A stretch of 64,000 nt of DNA from Nitrospirota bacterium (GCA_040757335.1 JBFLXB010000017.1:4472-68471); one strand, 5' to 3'. Shown: positions 47,333-56,563, counted from the stretch's first letter. Notes: generated from the sequence alone by a model not told the origin. Numbers and translations: made by a program.

Positions 47333-47828
47333 GGGCCACTGACTCCGGTTCGTATAACTTGGCGCGTTTGATTTCCGCATACAACGCCCGCACCCGACGC
47401 TCCATGGCGAACAGAAACAGGGCGATGGGAAGAAAGCCCGCGAGATAGGCGCCCACCACGAACCCGTAATTCGTCACCAACGCGATGTCGTGAGCCCGAA
47501 ACACGCTCGCGTCGGTATCCCATTGTCCGACGACCACGAGCGTCTTGAGTTCACGCAGGTTTTCGGGCGGGGGCCCCTCGTACTGAACCGGAAGCCCTGC
47601 GCCCTCGCCGCTGAGGCGAAAGCTCGCCCGGCCCGCCGCAGGGTCACCTTCCAGAGTTCCGGCCGCGACCTGTCCTTGCACGCGGACCACGCCGGAGCCC
47701 GTGGCGTGTTCCAAGACCGTCTCCGGCGTCACGGTGGTGAGATGGCGGTCGTAGTACCGCACCGCGGCCATCGCCACGAGCGCCGCGGCGATCGTGATCA
47801 CGGTCCATTGCACGTACAACCGCGTCAC
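47316..47828 (-). CDS. CcmE-like OB-fold domain fused to a CcmD-like C-terminal TM segment (occupies the ccmD position)
   Basis: 170 aa in frame with ORF 47316..48530, starting at GTG 47826-47828 (GTGA overlap with the ccmC stop). It has an N-terminal TM (WTVITIAAALVAMAAV), a section that aligns with CcmE (TPETV..VVRVQGQVAAGT..VQYEGPPPENL..LVVVGQW..FRAHD) and then YGFVVGAYLAGFLPIALFLFAMERRVRALYAEIKR, which resembles CcmD. Confidence 0.65.
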   Translation of the reverse strand: MTRLYVQWTVITIAAALVAMAAVRYYDRHLTTVTPETVLEHATGSGVVRVQGQVAAGTLEGDPAAGRASFRLSGEGAGLPVQYEGPPPENLRELKTLVVVGQWDTDASVFRAHDIALVTNYGFVVGAYLAGFLPIALFLFAMERRVRALYAEIKRAKLYEPESVAHVDPR

Positions 47829-48586
47829 GTGGGAAGATCCGACAGATGCGCGTGGCTCAGCAGGCGGCCCTTCTTGGCGCGCAGGAGGTCGGTCAGGTAG
47901 AGCATCTGCGTGCGCACCATCAACATATACACGAAGAGCACCCAGAACCCGACGCTCATGACGATCAACGGCCGGAGCATGTCGCCCGACATGGCGATCC
48001 CGCGCATGGAAATGGAGAGGGGCTGGTGCAGCGTGCGCCACCACTCGACCGAGAAATGCACGATCGGCAAATCCACGAACCCCACGATGGCGAGCACGGC
48101 GGCGAAGCGCGCTTCGCGTTCGGGATCGTCGATGAAGGTGCGCAGCATGAGATATCCGATGAGGATCAGCAGCATGACGGCGAACGACACCAGCCGCGCA
48201 TCCCAGGTCCACCAGGTGTTCCACGTGGGTTTGGCCCAGATCGAGCCGGTGATGAGGCCGCCAGCGGTGAGATAGGCGCTGATGCCGGCGGCTGCTTGGC
48301 AAAGGTTGTCCACGATCGGATCGCGCTTCCACAAATACCAGATGCTGCCCGCGAACAACACGGAGTACGCCAACATGGCGGTTTGCACGATGGGGACGTG
48401 GACGTACATGATCCGGACTACTTCGCCTTGATAGTAGTCCGGAGGCGAGGCGGCCAGCCCCAAGTAGAGTCCCGCGAAGATGCACACGCCTCCGACTGCC
48501 CCAAACCATCCTTCGTACCGCTGCATCCATTTGATGAGTGCGCCCACGCTGTTTCCTATCCGTCGAGAATCCACTCGAACGCCCAA
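47825..48586 (-). CDS. ccmC: heme exporter protein CcmC
   Basis: 253 aa with the WGxxWxWD-type motif (IWAKPTWNTWWTWDARL). An alternative start at 48526 is possible. Confidence 0.92.
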   Translation of the reverse strand: MGVRVDSRRIGNSVGALIKWMQRYEGWFGAVGGVCIFAGLYLGLAASPPDYYQGEVVRIMYVHVPIVQTAMLAYSVLFAGSIWYLWKRDPIVDNLCQAAAGISAYLTAGGLITGSIWAKPTWNTWWTWDARLVSFAVMLLILIGYLMLRTFIDDPEREARFAAVLAIVGFVDLPIVHFSVEWWRTLHQPLSISMRGIAMSGDMLRPLIVMSVGFWVLFVYMLMVRTQMLYLTDLLRAKKGRLLSHAHLSDLPT

Positions 48587-49219
48587 AACGACAACACCGA
48601 AAACACCACGTCGAACACCGCCAATAACTGCAGCCAGTTCGCGTACAGCGCGAGAGGGTCTCCGTTCAGGGCGCCTCGCGTGGCTTCGACAGCGGCGATC
48701 ATCACAGGGACAGCCAGGGGCAGCAGCAGGATCGGCAGCATCACCTCGCGGGCCCGAACCTGAACCGTCATGGCTGAAAACAAGGTGCCGACCGTCGACA
48801 GCCCAAGCGTGGCCAACGCGAATACTAACAAAAGCAGCGGAAGGGCATCAACCACGTCGAGATTGAAGAAAATCACGAACATGGGGAACAAAATGACCTC
48901 TACCGTGAGCATAAACACCACGTTGGCCAAGAGCTTGCCCAAATAAATCGCCCCTTTTGATCCGGGGCTGATTTGGAGGTGCTCCAAACAGTCGTTTTGG
49001 AGTTCCGCGGCGAACGACTTCCCGAGCCCGATGATCCCGGTGAACGCAAACGCCACCCACATGATCCCGGCGATCAGTTCCCGGGCGGCTTGTTGGTCCA
49101 TCGAAAAACTGAAACTGAACACCAGGATGACGATCAGGGCGAAGAAGAACATCGACGACAATGTTTCGCGGCTCCGGACCTCGCTGATCAGGTCCTTCCA
49201 CGCGACCCACCGTATGACG

Positions 49220-49233
<14 letters not shown>
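48556..49233 (-). CDS. ccmB: heme exporter protein CcmB
   Basis: 225 aa, six TM segments, with N-terminus WKDLISEVRSRETLSSMFFFALIVILVFSF. Confidence 0.88.
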
Positions 49234-49906
<673 letters not shown>

Positions 49907-50062
49907 CAGGCTGAAATTCGGACATAAATCGGCTCAGTATACGGGACGCTGCGGCGCGATGTCCAGGCGCCGGTCCTTGAGGTCTGGCGGGACGGGCGCG
50001 AGACGTGATTGGGCTGCGGCAGGCTTCATCGCTCCGTGTCCTACGTCGCAGCCCTGCTCAGA

Positions 50063-50092
50063 TTGACGGTCCGTTCGGTCGTTCGTTATCAT
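50063..50092 (+). promoter_or_regulatory. putative promoter of the tlpA-like/ccdA pair (TTGACG-N18-TATCAT)
   Basis: -35 at 50063-50068 and -10 at 50087-50092, 22 nt upstream of ATG 50115. Confidence 0.35.
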
Positions 50093-50114
50093 AGAGGCCG
50101 ACCTGGAGCCTGGA

Positions 50115-50969
50115 ATGGAACTGTATAAGACCTACGACCCGCTGGAGGCGGACCGGATCTCGGATCTGTTGGCCGAAGAGGGGATTTCGTGCGCGATTCG
50201 CGATCTGTCGATGTCCCCGTATCCGCTGACGATCGGCCGGTTCGGCGAACGCCGGATCAGCGTGGCGGCAGACGACGCGGATCGAGCGCGCTTCGTGCTG
50301 GAACAGGCCATTCGTGACGGCTATCTCTCATCGGACGGTTCCTGGGTGGACAACGCCGGAGCCGACGCGAAGCCGCCCCCGCGGCGCGGCACGCCCGGCC
50401 TCCGGCTGATGGGCGGAGTCATGTTGGCCTTGTTGGCCGTTGCGTGCGATGATCGGCCGGCCGCAGCCCCGTTGCAGCACAACGACCCCGCGAGACTGTT
50501 ACCTCGTGAAGGGACGCGGGTGGGCTTCATGGCCCCGATGTTCACCCTGGAGCGGCTCGGCGGCGGCACATCGTCGCTCACAGAATTTCGCGGCAAGGTT
50601 GTGCTGCTGAATTTCTGGGCCACATGGTGCGGCCCCTGTCGCGCGGAAATGCCCTCTCTTGAAGCGCTGTCACACGAATTTCGTTCGCAGGACTTCCAGG
50701 TAGTCGGGATTTCGACGGACTACGAAGGGGCCGAGATCGTCCAACCTTTTATGGATTCATTCGGCCTGACGTTTGCGATTCTGCTGGATCCCCAGATGCA
50801 GGTCAATGATCGGTTCGAAGTCCGCTCGCTTCCCACCAGCATTGTCCTGGACCGCCGCGGCGTCATCCGGCACAAGTTTTTTGGGGCCATGGACTGGAAT
50901 ACCGCGAAAAACCGCGAGCTGGTTCGCGTGCTGGTTTCGGAAACCGGGGACGAGCCCCAGCGAGGATAG
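50115..50969 (+). CDS. DUF2007-like N-terminal domain fused in frame to a TlpA/ResA-type thioredoxin-fold thiol-disulfide oxidoreductase
   Basis: 284 aa. The N-terminal ~70 aa (MELYKTYDPLEADRISDLLAEEGISCAIRD..) resemble DUF2007. These are followed by a hydrophobic segment with a lipobox-like LLAVAC and a redoxin domain with FWATWCGPC. An internal ATG at 50409 is an alternative start. Confidence 0.75.
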   Translation: MELYKTYDPLEADRISDLLAEEGISCAIRDLSMSPYPLTIGRFGERRISVAADDADRARFVLEQAIRDGYLSSDGSWVDNAGADAKPPPRRGTPGLRLMGGVMLALLAVACDDRPAAAPLQHNDPARLLPREGTRVGFMAPMFTLERLGGGTSSLTEFRGKVVLLNFWATWCGPCRAEMPSLEALSHEFRSQDFQVVGISTDYEGAEIVQPFMDSFGLTFAILLDPQMQVNDRFEVRSLPTSIVLDRRGVIRHKFFGAMDWNTAKNRELVRVLVSETGDEPQRG

Positions 50970-50971
50970 GG

Positions 50972-51712
50972 ATGGACGCCTCCACCCCCTCGCTCGCCAT
51001 TGCGTTTTCCGCCGGGTTTCTCTCGTTTGTGTCACCGTGCGTGCTCCCGTTGGTGCCGGCGTACGTATCGTTCGTGACCGGTCTCTCGTTTGACGAACTG
51101 ACGCGCGGTACGGACCGGTATCGCGTGAAGCGGACGACGCTGACCATGTCGCTCTTATTTGTCGCCGGGTTTTCGACCGTCTTTATCCTGTTCGGCGCGT
51201 CCGCGTCGTTGATGGGGCAGGTGCTGCTCACCCACCAGCAGCTCCTGCGGTGGGTGGGGGGGGCGTTCATCGTATTCTTCGGACTGTACGTCATGGGGGT
51301 GTTCAACCTGTCGGCCTTGGCAGCGGACCGCCGCTTCCACCTGCAAGGTCGGCCGGCCGGGTATTTCGGTGCGTACGTGGTGGGCCTGGCCTTTGCCGCG
51401 GGTTGGACCCCGTGTGTCGGGCCCATTCTGGGGTCGATTCTGCTCTACGCAAGCACCAAGCAATCGTTGTGGCAAGGCGTGCAACTCTTGACCGCCTACT
51501 CCGTAGGGTTGGGCCTGCCCTTGCTGGTGACCGCTCTCGGATTCAACACGTTCCTGGCGCGCATGAAGGCCGTGGGTCCCTACATGCCGGCCGTGACCAA
51601 GGTCAGCGGCGTGTTCCTCATCGCCGTGGGCATGCTCATCGCCACCAACTCGCTGTCCATTCTGAGTTCGTTTTTGACGCAGAATGGCATAGGCTGGTCC
51701 ATCGGCCAGTAG
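50972..51712 (+). CDS. ccdA: cytochrome c biogenesis thiol-reductant transporter CcdA (DsbD-family core)
   Basis: 246 aa with FLSFVSPCVLPLVPAYV and AGWTPCVGPILGSIL, the two conserved Cys-containing helices. Confidence 0.9.
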   Translation: MDASTPSLAIAFSAGFLSFVSPCVLPLVPAYVSFVTGLSFDELTRGTDRYRVKRTTLTMSLLFVAGFSTVFILFGASASLMGQVLLTHQQLLRWVGGAFIVFFGLYVMGVFNLSALAADRRFHLQGRPAGYFGAYVVGLAFAAGWTPCVGPILGSILLYASTKQSLWQGVQLLTAYSVGLGLPLLVTALGFNTFLARMKAVGPYMPAVTKVSGVFLIAVGMLIATNSLSILSSFLTQNGIGWSIGQ

Positions 51713-51715
51713 CCC

Positions 51716-51841
51716 GCCTGGCCGCCGGGGAGGGGCCATCTGCGTCGTTGTCGCTGCGCTTCCGGTGCTCACGTACGACCCAGTACGCTCCGCTCCGGTT
51801 CTCGCTCCGCCTGGCATCTGACCCCTCCCCAGCGGCCAGGT
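51716..51841 (+). repeat. Interspersed imperfect-palindrome repeat, copy C (shared core, different outer arms)
   Basis: Core GGCCATCTGCGTCGTTGTCGCTGCGCTTCCGGTGCTCACGTACGACCCAGTACGCTCCGCTCCGGTTCTCGCTCCGCCTGGCATCTGA, flanked by GCCTGGCCGCCGGGGAGGGG on the left and CCCCTCCCCAGCGGCCAGG on the right. Starts 4 nt after the ccdA stop. Confidence 0.8.
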
Positions 51842-51863
51842 TGCCTTCACGTGAGTACGAATC

Positions 51864-53042
51864 GTGGTGAACTCCGCAATGCATAGTTCAACGACCTACG
51901 ACGCGATTGTCGTGGGGCTGGGGCCGGCGGGATCGACCGCGGCGTATGAGATCGCCCGCGCCGGACGCACCGTGCTGGCGCTCGACCGGGATCGGTTCCC
52001 CCGATACAAAGTGTGCGGCGGGGGGATTTCAGCCCGTGTCGACGCGCTGCTCGGTGGCGTTCACCGAAAGGTCGTCGAGCAGACGGTCTCGGTGATGACG
52101 TTTCGCTACTGTGGGCAAGAGGCGTTTACCGTGGGGGGCCGGGATCCCATCGCGTCATTCGTCATGCGCGATCGTTTCGACGCCGTCCTGGCCGAACGCG
52201 CCGCTCGCGCAGGGGCGTGTCTCCAAGATGGAGAACCCGTCATCTCGGTCGAAGAAACGGCTGAGGGCGTTCAGGTCGTGACCCCCACGGCCACGTACCG
52301 AGCCCGATTTCTGGTCGGCGCGGATGGCGCGAACAGCCGAATCGCGAGGCGGATCAATCCCGCCCCTTCTCGCGGTGTGTACGGGCTCGAAGCTGAGATT
52401 GCGCTCCCCAACGGTTCGAATGAAGTGATTCTGGAGATGGGCGCGGTCCCCGGCGGATACGGGTGGATCTTTCCCAAGCAAAAGGGCATGTCGATCGGCA
52501 TCGGGGGATTCCGTGTTCCCGACCGCCAGCCCAAAGCGGCGTTTGAACGGTTCGCGGCGCTTCAATCCGGGCTCCGGGACGTGGCCCTCACCACGCCGGT
52601 CGGGCACCCGATCCCCATCTACGCCAAGGGCGGGCGAGTCGCTTCAGCGCGCGTCGGGCTGGTCGGGGACGCCGCGCGCCTCGTGGATCCTTTTTTCGGC
52701 GAGGGTATTTATTACGGGATCCTCAGCGGTGAACGCCTCGGCCAAACCATCGCCCATCAACTCGACCACGGGGGAGTCGATCTCAGCGCGTACGTGCGTT
52801 GGGTTGAGGCGGACCTGGCTCCGGAATTTGCCGTGGCCGATCGGTTGGCTGCGATCGCCTACGGCTATCCACGGCTCTGGTACGAGGCCATGCGGGCTCA
52901 CCCGGATGTGGTCGGCTGGTTTTTCGACGTCCTGCGCGGCACGAGCCGCTTTCAAGACCTGTGGGCGCGGCTGCGACGCCACGTCTTCCGCCTCGCGCCC
53001 GCCGCCTTGGTGGGTCGAGCCGCCGCGCTGTTTGCGCGCTAG
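51864..53042 (+). CDS. geranylgeranyl reductase-family FAD-dependent oxidoreductase
   Basis: 392 aa with YDAIVVGLGPAGSTAAYEIARAG and RYKVCGGGIS. Start is either GTG 51864 or ATG 51879. Confidence 0.82.
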   Translation: MVNSAMHSSTTYDAIVVGLGPAGSTAAYEIARAGRTVLALDRDRFPRYKVCGGGISARVDALLGGVHRKVVEQTVSVMTFRYCGQEAFTVGGRDPIASFVMRDRFDAVLAERAARAGACLQDGEPVISVEETAEGVQVVTPTATYRARFLVGADGANSRIARRINPAPSRGVYGLEAEIALPNGSNEVILEMGAVPGGYGWIFPKQKGMSIGIGGFRVPDRQPKAAFERFAALQSGLRDVALTTPVGHPIPIYAKGGRVASARVGLVGDAARLVDPFFGEGIYYGILSGERLGQTIAHQLDHGGVDLSAYVRWVEADLAPEFAVADRLAAIAYGYPRLWYEAMRAHPDVVGWFFDVLRGTSRFQDLWARLRRHVFRLAPAALVGRAAALFAR

Positions 53043-53043
53043 C

Positions 53044-53166
53044 AGCCTGTCCGGGAATGGCCAGGCTGCCGCGTTGTCGCTGCGCTTCCGCTCCTCACGT
53101 ACCCATATCGTACGCTCCGGTGCGGTTCTCGCTCCGCCTTGCATCTGGCGCATTCCTGAACAGGCT
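53044..53166 (+). repeat. Interspersed imperfect-palindrome repeat, copy D (reference copy)
   Basis: AGCCTGTCCGGGAATGGCCAGGCTGCCGCGTTGTCGCTGCGCTTCCGCTCCTCACGTACCCATATCGTACGCTCCGGTGCGGTTCTCGCTCCGCCTTGCATCTGGCGCATTCCTGAACAGGCT. Starts 2 nt after the stop of 51864..53042. Confidence 0.85.
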
Positions 53167-53201
53167 GAATCAGTGATCTGGAGGTTTCCAACGCAAAGGC
53201 G

Positions 53202-53396
53202 TCATCGTGCCTGCATCAACCACCCGATAAAAAACGTCACCACGCCAACCATCGTGAGTTGGAGGAGCGGGCCCATTTTGTATTCGGGAAAGAAGAAGAG
53301 GACCACGACATTAAGGACAATCAGCAGCCCGACCAATTGGACGCCTCGACCGAGGTAGTAGAGGAACTTATCGAATGGCTGGGGAGAGCGAGGCAT
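53202..53396 (-). CDS. small two-TM membrane protein
   Basis: 64 aa: MPRSPQPFDKFLYYLGRGVQLVGLLIVLNVVVLFFFPEYKMGPLLQLTMVGVVTFFIGWLMQAR. The two hydrophobic helices are clear. Overlaps the sirC-like stop by 29 nt and looks locally lower in GC by eye. Confidence 0.6.
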   Translation of the reverse strand: MPRSPQPFDKFLYYLGRGVQLVGLLIVLNVVVLFFFPEYKMGPLLQLTMVGVVTFFIGWLMQAR

Positions 53397-54099
53397 GACG
53401 GCGGCTCTGTGTGGGGCGTCGGCGCGAGCCGGCGATTCGCGCAGAAGGCGCGAGGTGCGCCAGCCCGGTCACCCGCCGGATGAGGCGCACGATCCCCGGC
53501 CGGTCTTTGGCGCGGACCAAGGCGGGTAGGTCGGCGTCCAGGAGTCGGTCGGTCATCCGACGGCGCGCAGTCGGCGGGACGCCGGCCGCGCGCAACGCCG
53601 AACGAACCGCGGCCAAAAGGGCGGTGAGCCGAGCATACTCCGGACCCACCAACGCGGCGAGCCGGTGTTTCACCCAACGCGCCAGTGCCGGGTTTTTTCC
53701 ATCGGTGGACACGGTGATGATCAAGTGGCCCCGCCGAAAGACCGCCGGCGCGAGAAAGTCGCAGAGCGCGGGCTGATCCACTACGTTGACCCAGGTCGCG
53801 GTGGTGCGGGCTTCCGCCGCGATCCGCGCCTGCTCGTGGGGATCCGGCGTGGCGGCGATTGCCAGGCGCGAGCCTTTGAGATCTCCGCGCCGATACGGGC
53901 GGGCGAGGTGGCGCACGCGCCCCTCGCGAACCCACCGCTGGAGCGGGGCGCTCAACGTCGGACTGATCAGCGTGACTCTCGCGCCGGTCGCCACCAGATC
54001 CCTCACCTTTCGGGTGGCGATCCGACCCCCGCCAATGACCACCACGGCGCAGTCCCGCAGCACGAGCATCGCAGGGTAGGCCCGAGGCTCAGCCGGCAC
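53368..54099 (-). CDS. precorrin-2 dehydrogenase / sirohydrochlorin ferrochelatase (SirC/CysG N-terminal type)
   Basis: 243 aa with the Rossmann motif AVVVIGGGRIATRKVRDLVATGARVTLISP. Confidence 0.8.
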   Translation of the reverse strand: MPAEPRAYPAMLVLRDCAVVVIGGGRIATRKVRDLVATGARVTLISPTLSAPLQRWVREGRVRHLARPYRRGDLKGSRLAIAATPDPHEQARIAAEARTTATWVNVVDQPALCDFLAPAVFRRGHLIITVSTDGKNPALARWVKHRLAALVGPEYARLTALLAAVRSALRAAGVPPTARRRMTDRLLDADLPALVRAKDRPGIVRLIRRVTGLAHLAPSARIAGSRRRPTQSRRHASLSPAIR

Positions 54100-54763
54100 G
54101 GGAGCCTAAACGGGCCTTGAGTTTCGCGACGTCTTTGGCGTGGCGCGTCTGGGGGAAAGTGTCGAGCAGCGCCTGCGCGGTTTCGCTCGCTTTGTCGACT
54201 TGCCCGTCGCGTTCGTAGGCCAACGCCAGGAAGTAGGTTGCGTCTTCGGTCACGGCGCCCTCCACCTTGGCGTCGAGCACCTTCTGGAATCTGACGATTG
54301 CGGCGGGATACTGGCCCTGCTTGTAGTAGAAACGTCCGACCTGGAAATCGGACTGCGCGAGGTAGCGACGGACCTCGGTCAACTTGGCCCGAGCCGCCTC
54401 ATGGTATCGGGAATCCGGGTACGACAGTACCCGTTCGAACGCGGCCTGTGCTTTCTCGGCGATCGTGGGGTCGCGGCCGACCGCGGGGATCCGCCGGTCG
54501 TAACACAGCGCCAGTTTGAACTGCGCGTGCGGCGCCCACCGGTGAACCGGATGCAGCTCGAGGAACCGCTGATACTCGACTTCGGCCTCATCCCACTTTT
54601 TCTCGTCGTACAAGTTTTCGGCTTTATTCATGATCACCCCCGCGTCGTACTGGAGGTCGCTCAACGCCAGCAGCGGCTTGAGCGCGGGGTCCTCGGGGGT
54701 GGCGCAGCCCGGCAGCCACAGGGCTGCGGCCAGGACGGAGATGAGCACGGACCGACGAATCAT
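54089..54763 (-). CDS. bamD: outer membrane protein assembly factor BamD (TPR lipoprotein)
   Basis: 224 aa with lipobox LWLPGC and a YfiO-like TPR pattern (YDEKKWDEAEVEYQRFLELHPVHRWAPHAQFKLALCY..FYYKQGQYPAA). Confidence 0.82.
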   Translation of the reverse strand: MIRRSVLISVLAAALWLPGCATPEDPALKPLLALSDLQYDAGVIMNKAENLYDEKKWDEAEVEYQRFLELHPVHRWAPHAQFKLALCYDRRIPAVGRDPTIAEKAQAAFERVLSYPDSRYHEAARAKLTEVRRYLAQSDFQVGRFYYKQGQYPAAIVRFQKVLDAKVEGAVTEDATYFLALAYERDGQVDKASETAQALLDTFPQTRHAKDVAKLKARLGSRAG

Positions 54764-54905
54764 GGGGATTGGGACCTCGTGAGCGTCGGCAGCCTACCAG
54801 GGGGGCGTTGGGAAATCAAGCGTGCGCGCTTGACTCGCGTGAGGACCTAGGGCGAAGATACGGCGTGTCGAGCGAACGGCCGCCTAGCCGACGTAGGAAG
54901 ACGCC

Positions 54906-56534
54906 GTGACCGCGCCGGGGGCCCTGCTTCGGATCGCCCGCGTGGTGGTCCTGGCGCTCGGGATTCTGGCACGGTATCAAGCGCTCGCGCTGGTCTCCTG
55001 GCTGTCCTCCGACGAGACTCGTGCCGCTCGGCGGTCCCGCCTGCACCGGGCGTCGGCGATCCGACTCCGCGAGGCGGCGATCCGGTTCCGCGGCGTGTTC
55101 ATCAAGCTCGGGCAATTCATGAGCGCCCGGGTCGATATCCTTCCCGAGGAGTACACCGAAGAACTGGCCGCCCTGCAGGACCAAGTTCCGCCCATGCCGT
55201 TCCCGCCGATCCGGGAGCGCGTGGTCCTCGAACTGGGCCGGCCGCTGGACCAGTCGTTTGCGGCGTTTGCCCCGGAACCCATCGCCGCGGCCTCGCTGGG
55301 CCAGGTGCACGAAGCCACGTTGCCGGACGGCCGTCGCGTGGCGGTCAAGGTGCAGTACCCGGGCGTCCAAGCCGTGGTGGCCACGGATCTTCGCGCCGCA
55401 CGTCTGGTGCTCCGGTTGCTGCAGTGGCGATTTTCCAGATTTCGTTTCGACACGCTGTACGACGAGTTCGCCCGCGTCCTGCAAGGCGAGCTGAACTACC
55501 TCAACGAAGGGCGTTCCGCGGACCGCTTTCGGATCAATTTTGCGGCCGAGCCGTCGGTGGTAGTTCCGGAAGTCGTGTGGTCGCACACCACCGCGCACGT
55601 GTTGACGTTGGAATTCGTGGAGGGGATCAAAATCACCCGCTTCGACGAGATCCGCGCAAAGGGCATCGACCTGCGCGCCGTGGCTCGCCTGATCGCCCGC
55701 GCGTACATGCAGCAAATTCTTCTGCACCGCTTCTTCCACGGAGATCCGCATCCGGGCAATCTCTTCGTGCAGCAGGGAATCGACGGCGAGCCGCGTCTGG
55801 TGTTCGTGGACTTCGGCATCATGCAACGCATCACGCCGCAAATGCACGACGGGATCACGCAGACCATCCGCGCGATCATCGACCGGGACGTTCCCGAGAT
55901 CGTGCGCGGTTTGCAGCTCTTGGGATTCATCGCCGTGACCGGTAACCTCGCGGACATCGAGCGGGCCGTGGATTTTTTTATGGACCGGTATCGCGACATG
56001 CCGCCGCGCATGTTCAAGAACATCACCGTCTTGGAGATCGCGGACGACGTGGAGCAGTTTTTCCGCGTGTCGCACGCGCTGCAAGTGCCCAACAACTTCA
56101 TCCTGTTCGGTCGAACCGCCGGGATGTTGAACGGGCTGTGCGCCAAGCTCGATCCCGAACTGAATCTGATCGAGCTGGCCAAGCCCTACGCGGTGGAATT
56201 CCTCAAAGCTGAACGCGGGATCTGGTCGCGGTTGATGCGGCAGGGCCGCGAGTGGGGCGATGTGGTGCTGTCGTTGCCGCAGGAGCTGCACGCGTTTCTG
56301 TCGCGGGCCAACCGCGGAGAGTTTCAAACGTTGATGTCGTCGGAAGACGTGAGCGGACGGATCTCGCAGCTCTACCGGCTCTCGCATCGGACGTTGCTGG
56401 CCGCGGTCGCGCTCGGCGGGGTCTGGAGCGCGGTGTTGTTGTCGGAGCGCGGCCACGCGGTCGCGGCCGCGGCGTGCGCCGTGGGAGCGGTCATCGCGTT
56501 CGCACTGTTTCTGGTATCCGTCGCGCGCGGCTAG
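54906..56534 (+). CDS. ABC1/UbiB-family atypical kinase
   Basis: 542 aa, GTG start, containing FIKLGQFMSARVDILPEEY, AAASLGQVHEA, VAVKVQYPGV and HGDPHPGNLFV, with C-terminal TM helices. Confidence 0.88.
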   Translation: MTAPGALLRIARVVVLALGILARYQALALVSWLSSDETRAARRSRLHRASAIRLREAAIRFRGVFIKLGQFMSARVDILPEEYTEELAALQDQVPPMPFPPIRERVVLELGRPLDQSFAAFAPEPIAAASLGQVHEATLPDGRRVAVKVQYPGVQAVVATDLRAARLVLRLLQWRFSRFRFDTLYDEFARVLQGELNYLNEGRSADRFRINFAAEPSVVVPEVVWSHTTAHVLTLEFVEGIKITRFDEIRAKGIDLRAVARLIARAYMQQILLHRFFHGDPHPGNLFVQQGIDGEPRLVFVDFGIMQRITPQMHDGITQTIRAIIDRDVPEIVRGLQLLGFIAVTGNLADIERAVDFFMDRYRDMPPRMFKNITVLEIADDVEQFFRVSHALQVPNNFILFGRTAGMLNGLCAKLDPELNLIELAKPYAVEFLKAERGIWSRLMRQGREWGDVVLSLPQELHAFLSRANRGEFQTLMSSEDVSGRISQLYRLSHRTLLAAVALGGVWSAVLLSERGHAVAAAACAVGAVIAFALFLVSVARG

Positions 56535-56563
56535 CCGCGTCCGGACTGACCTCGGGAGGGGCG

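Noticed and set aside
45059-47371. Plus-strand ORFs 45059..46000 and 46076..47371 (313 and 431 aa)
   Set aside because: They are antisense to ccmF and ccmE. The H/R/G/D/E-rich junk translation is typical of the reverse of membrane-protein genes.
54816-56456. 546-aa minus-strand ORF
   Set aside because: It is a shadow ORF opposite the ABC1/UbiB-family kinase gene.
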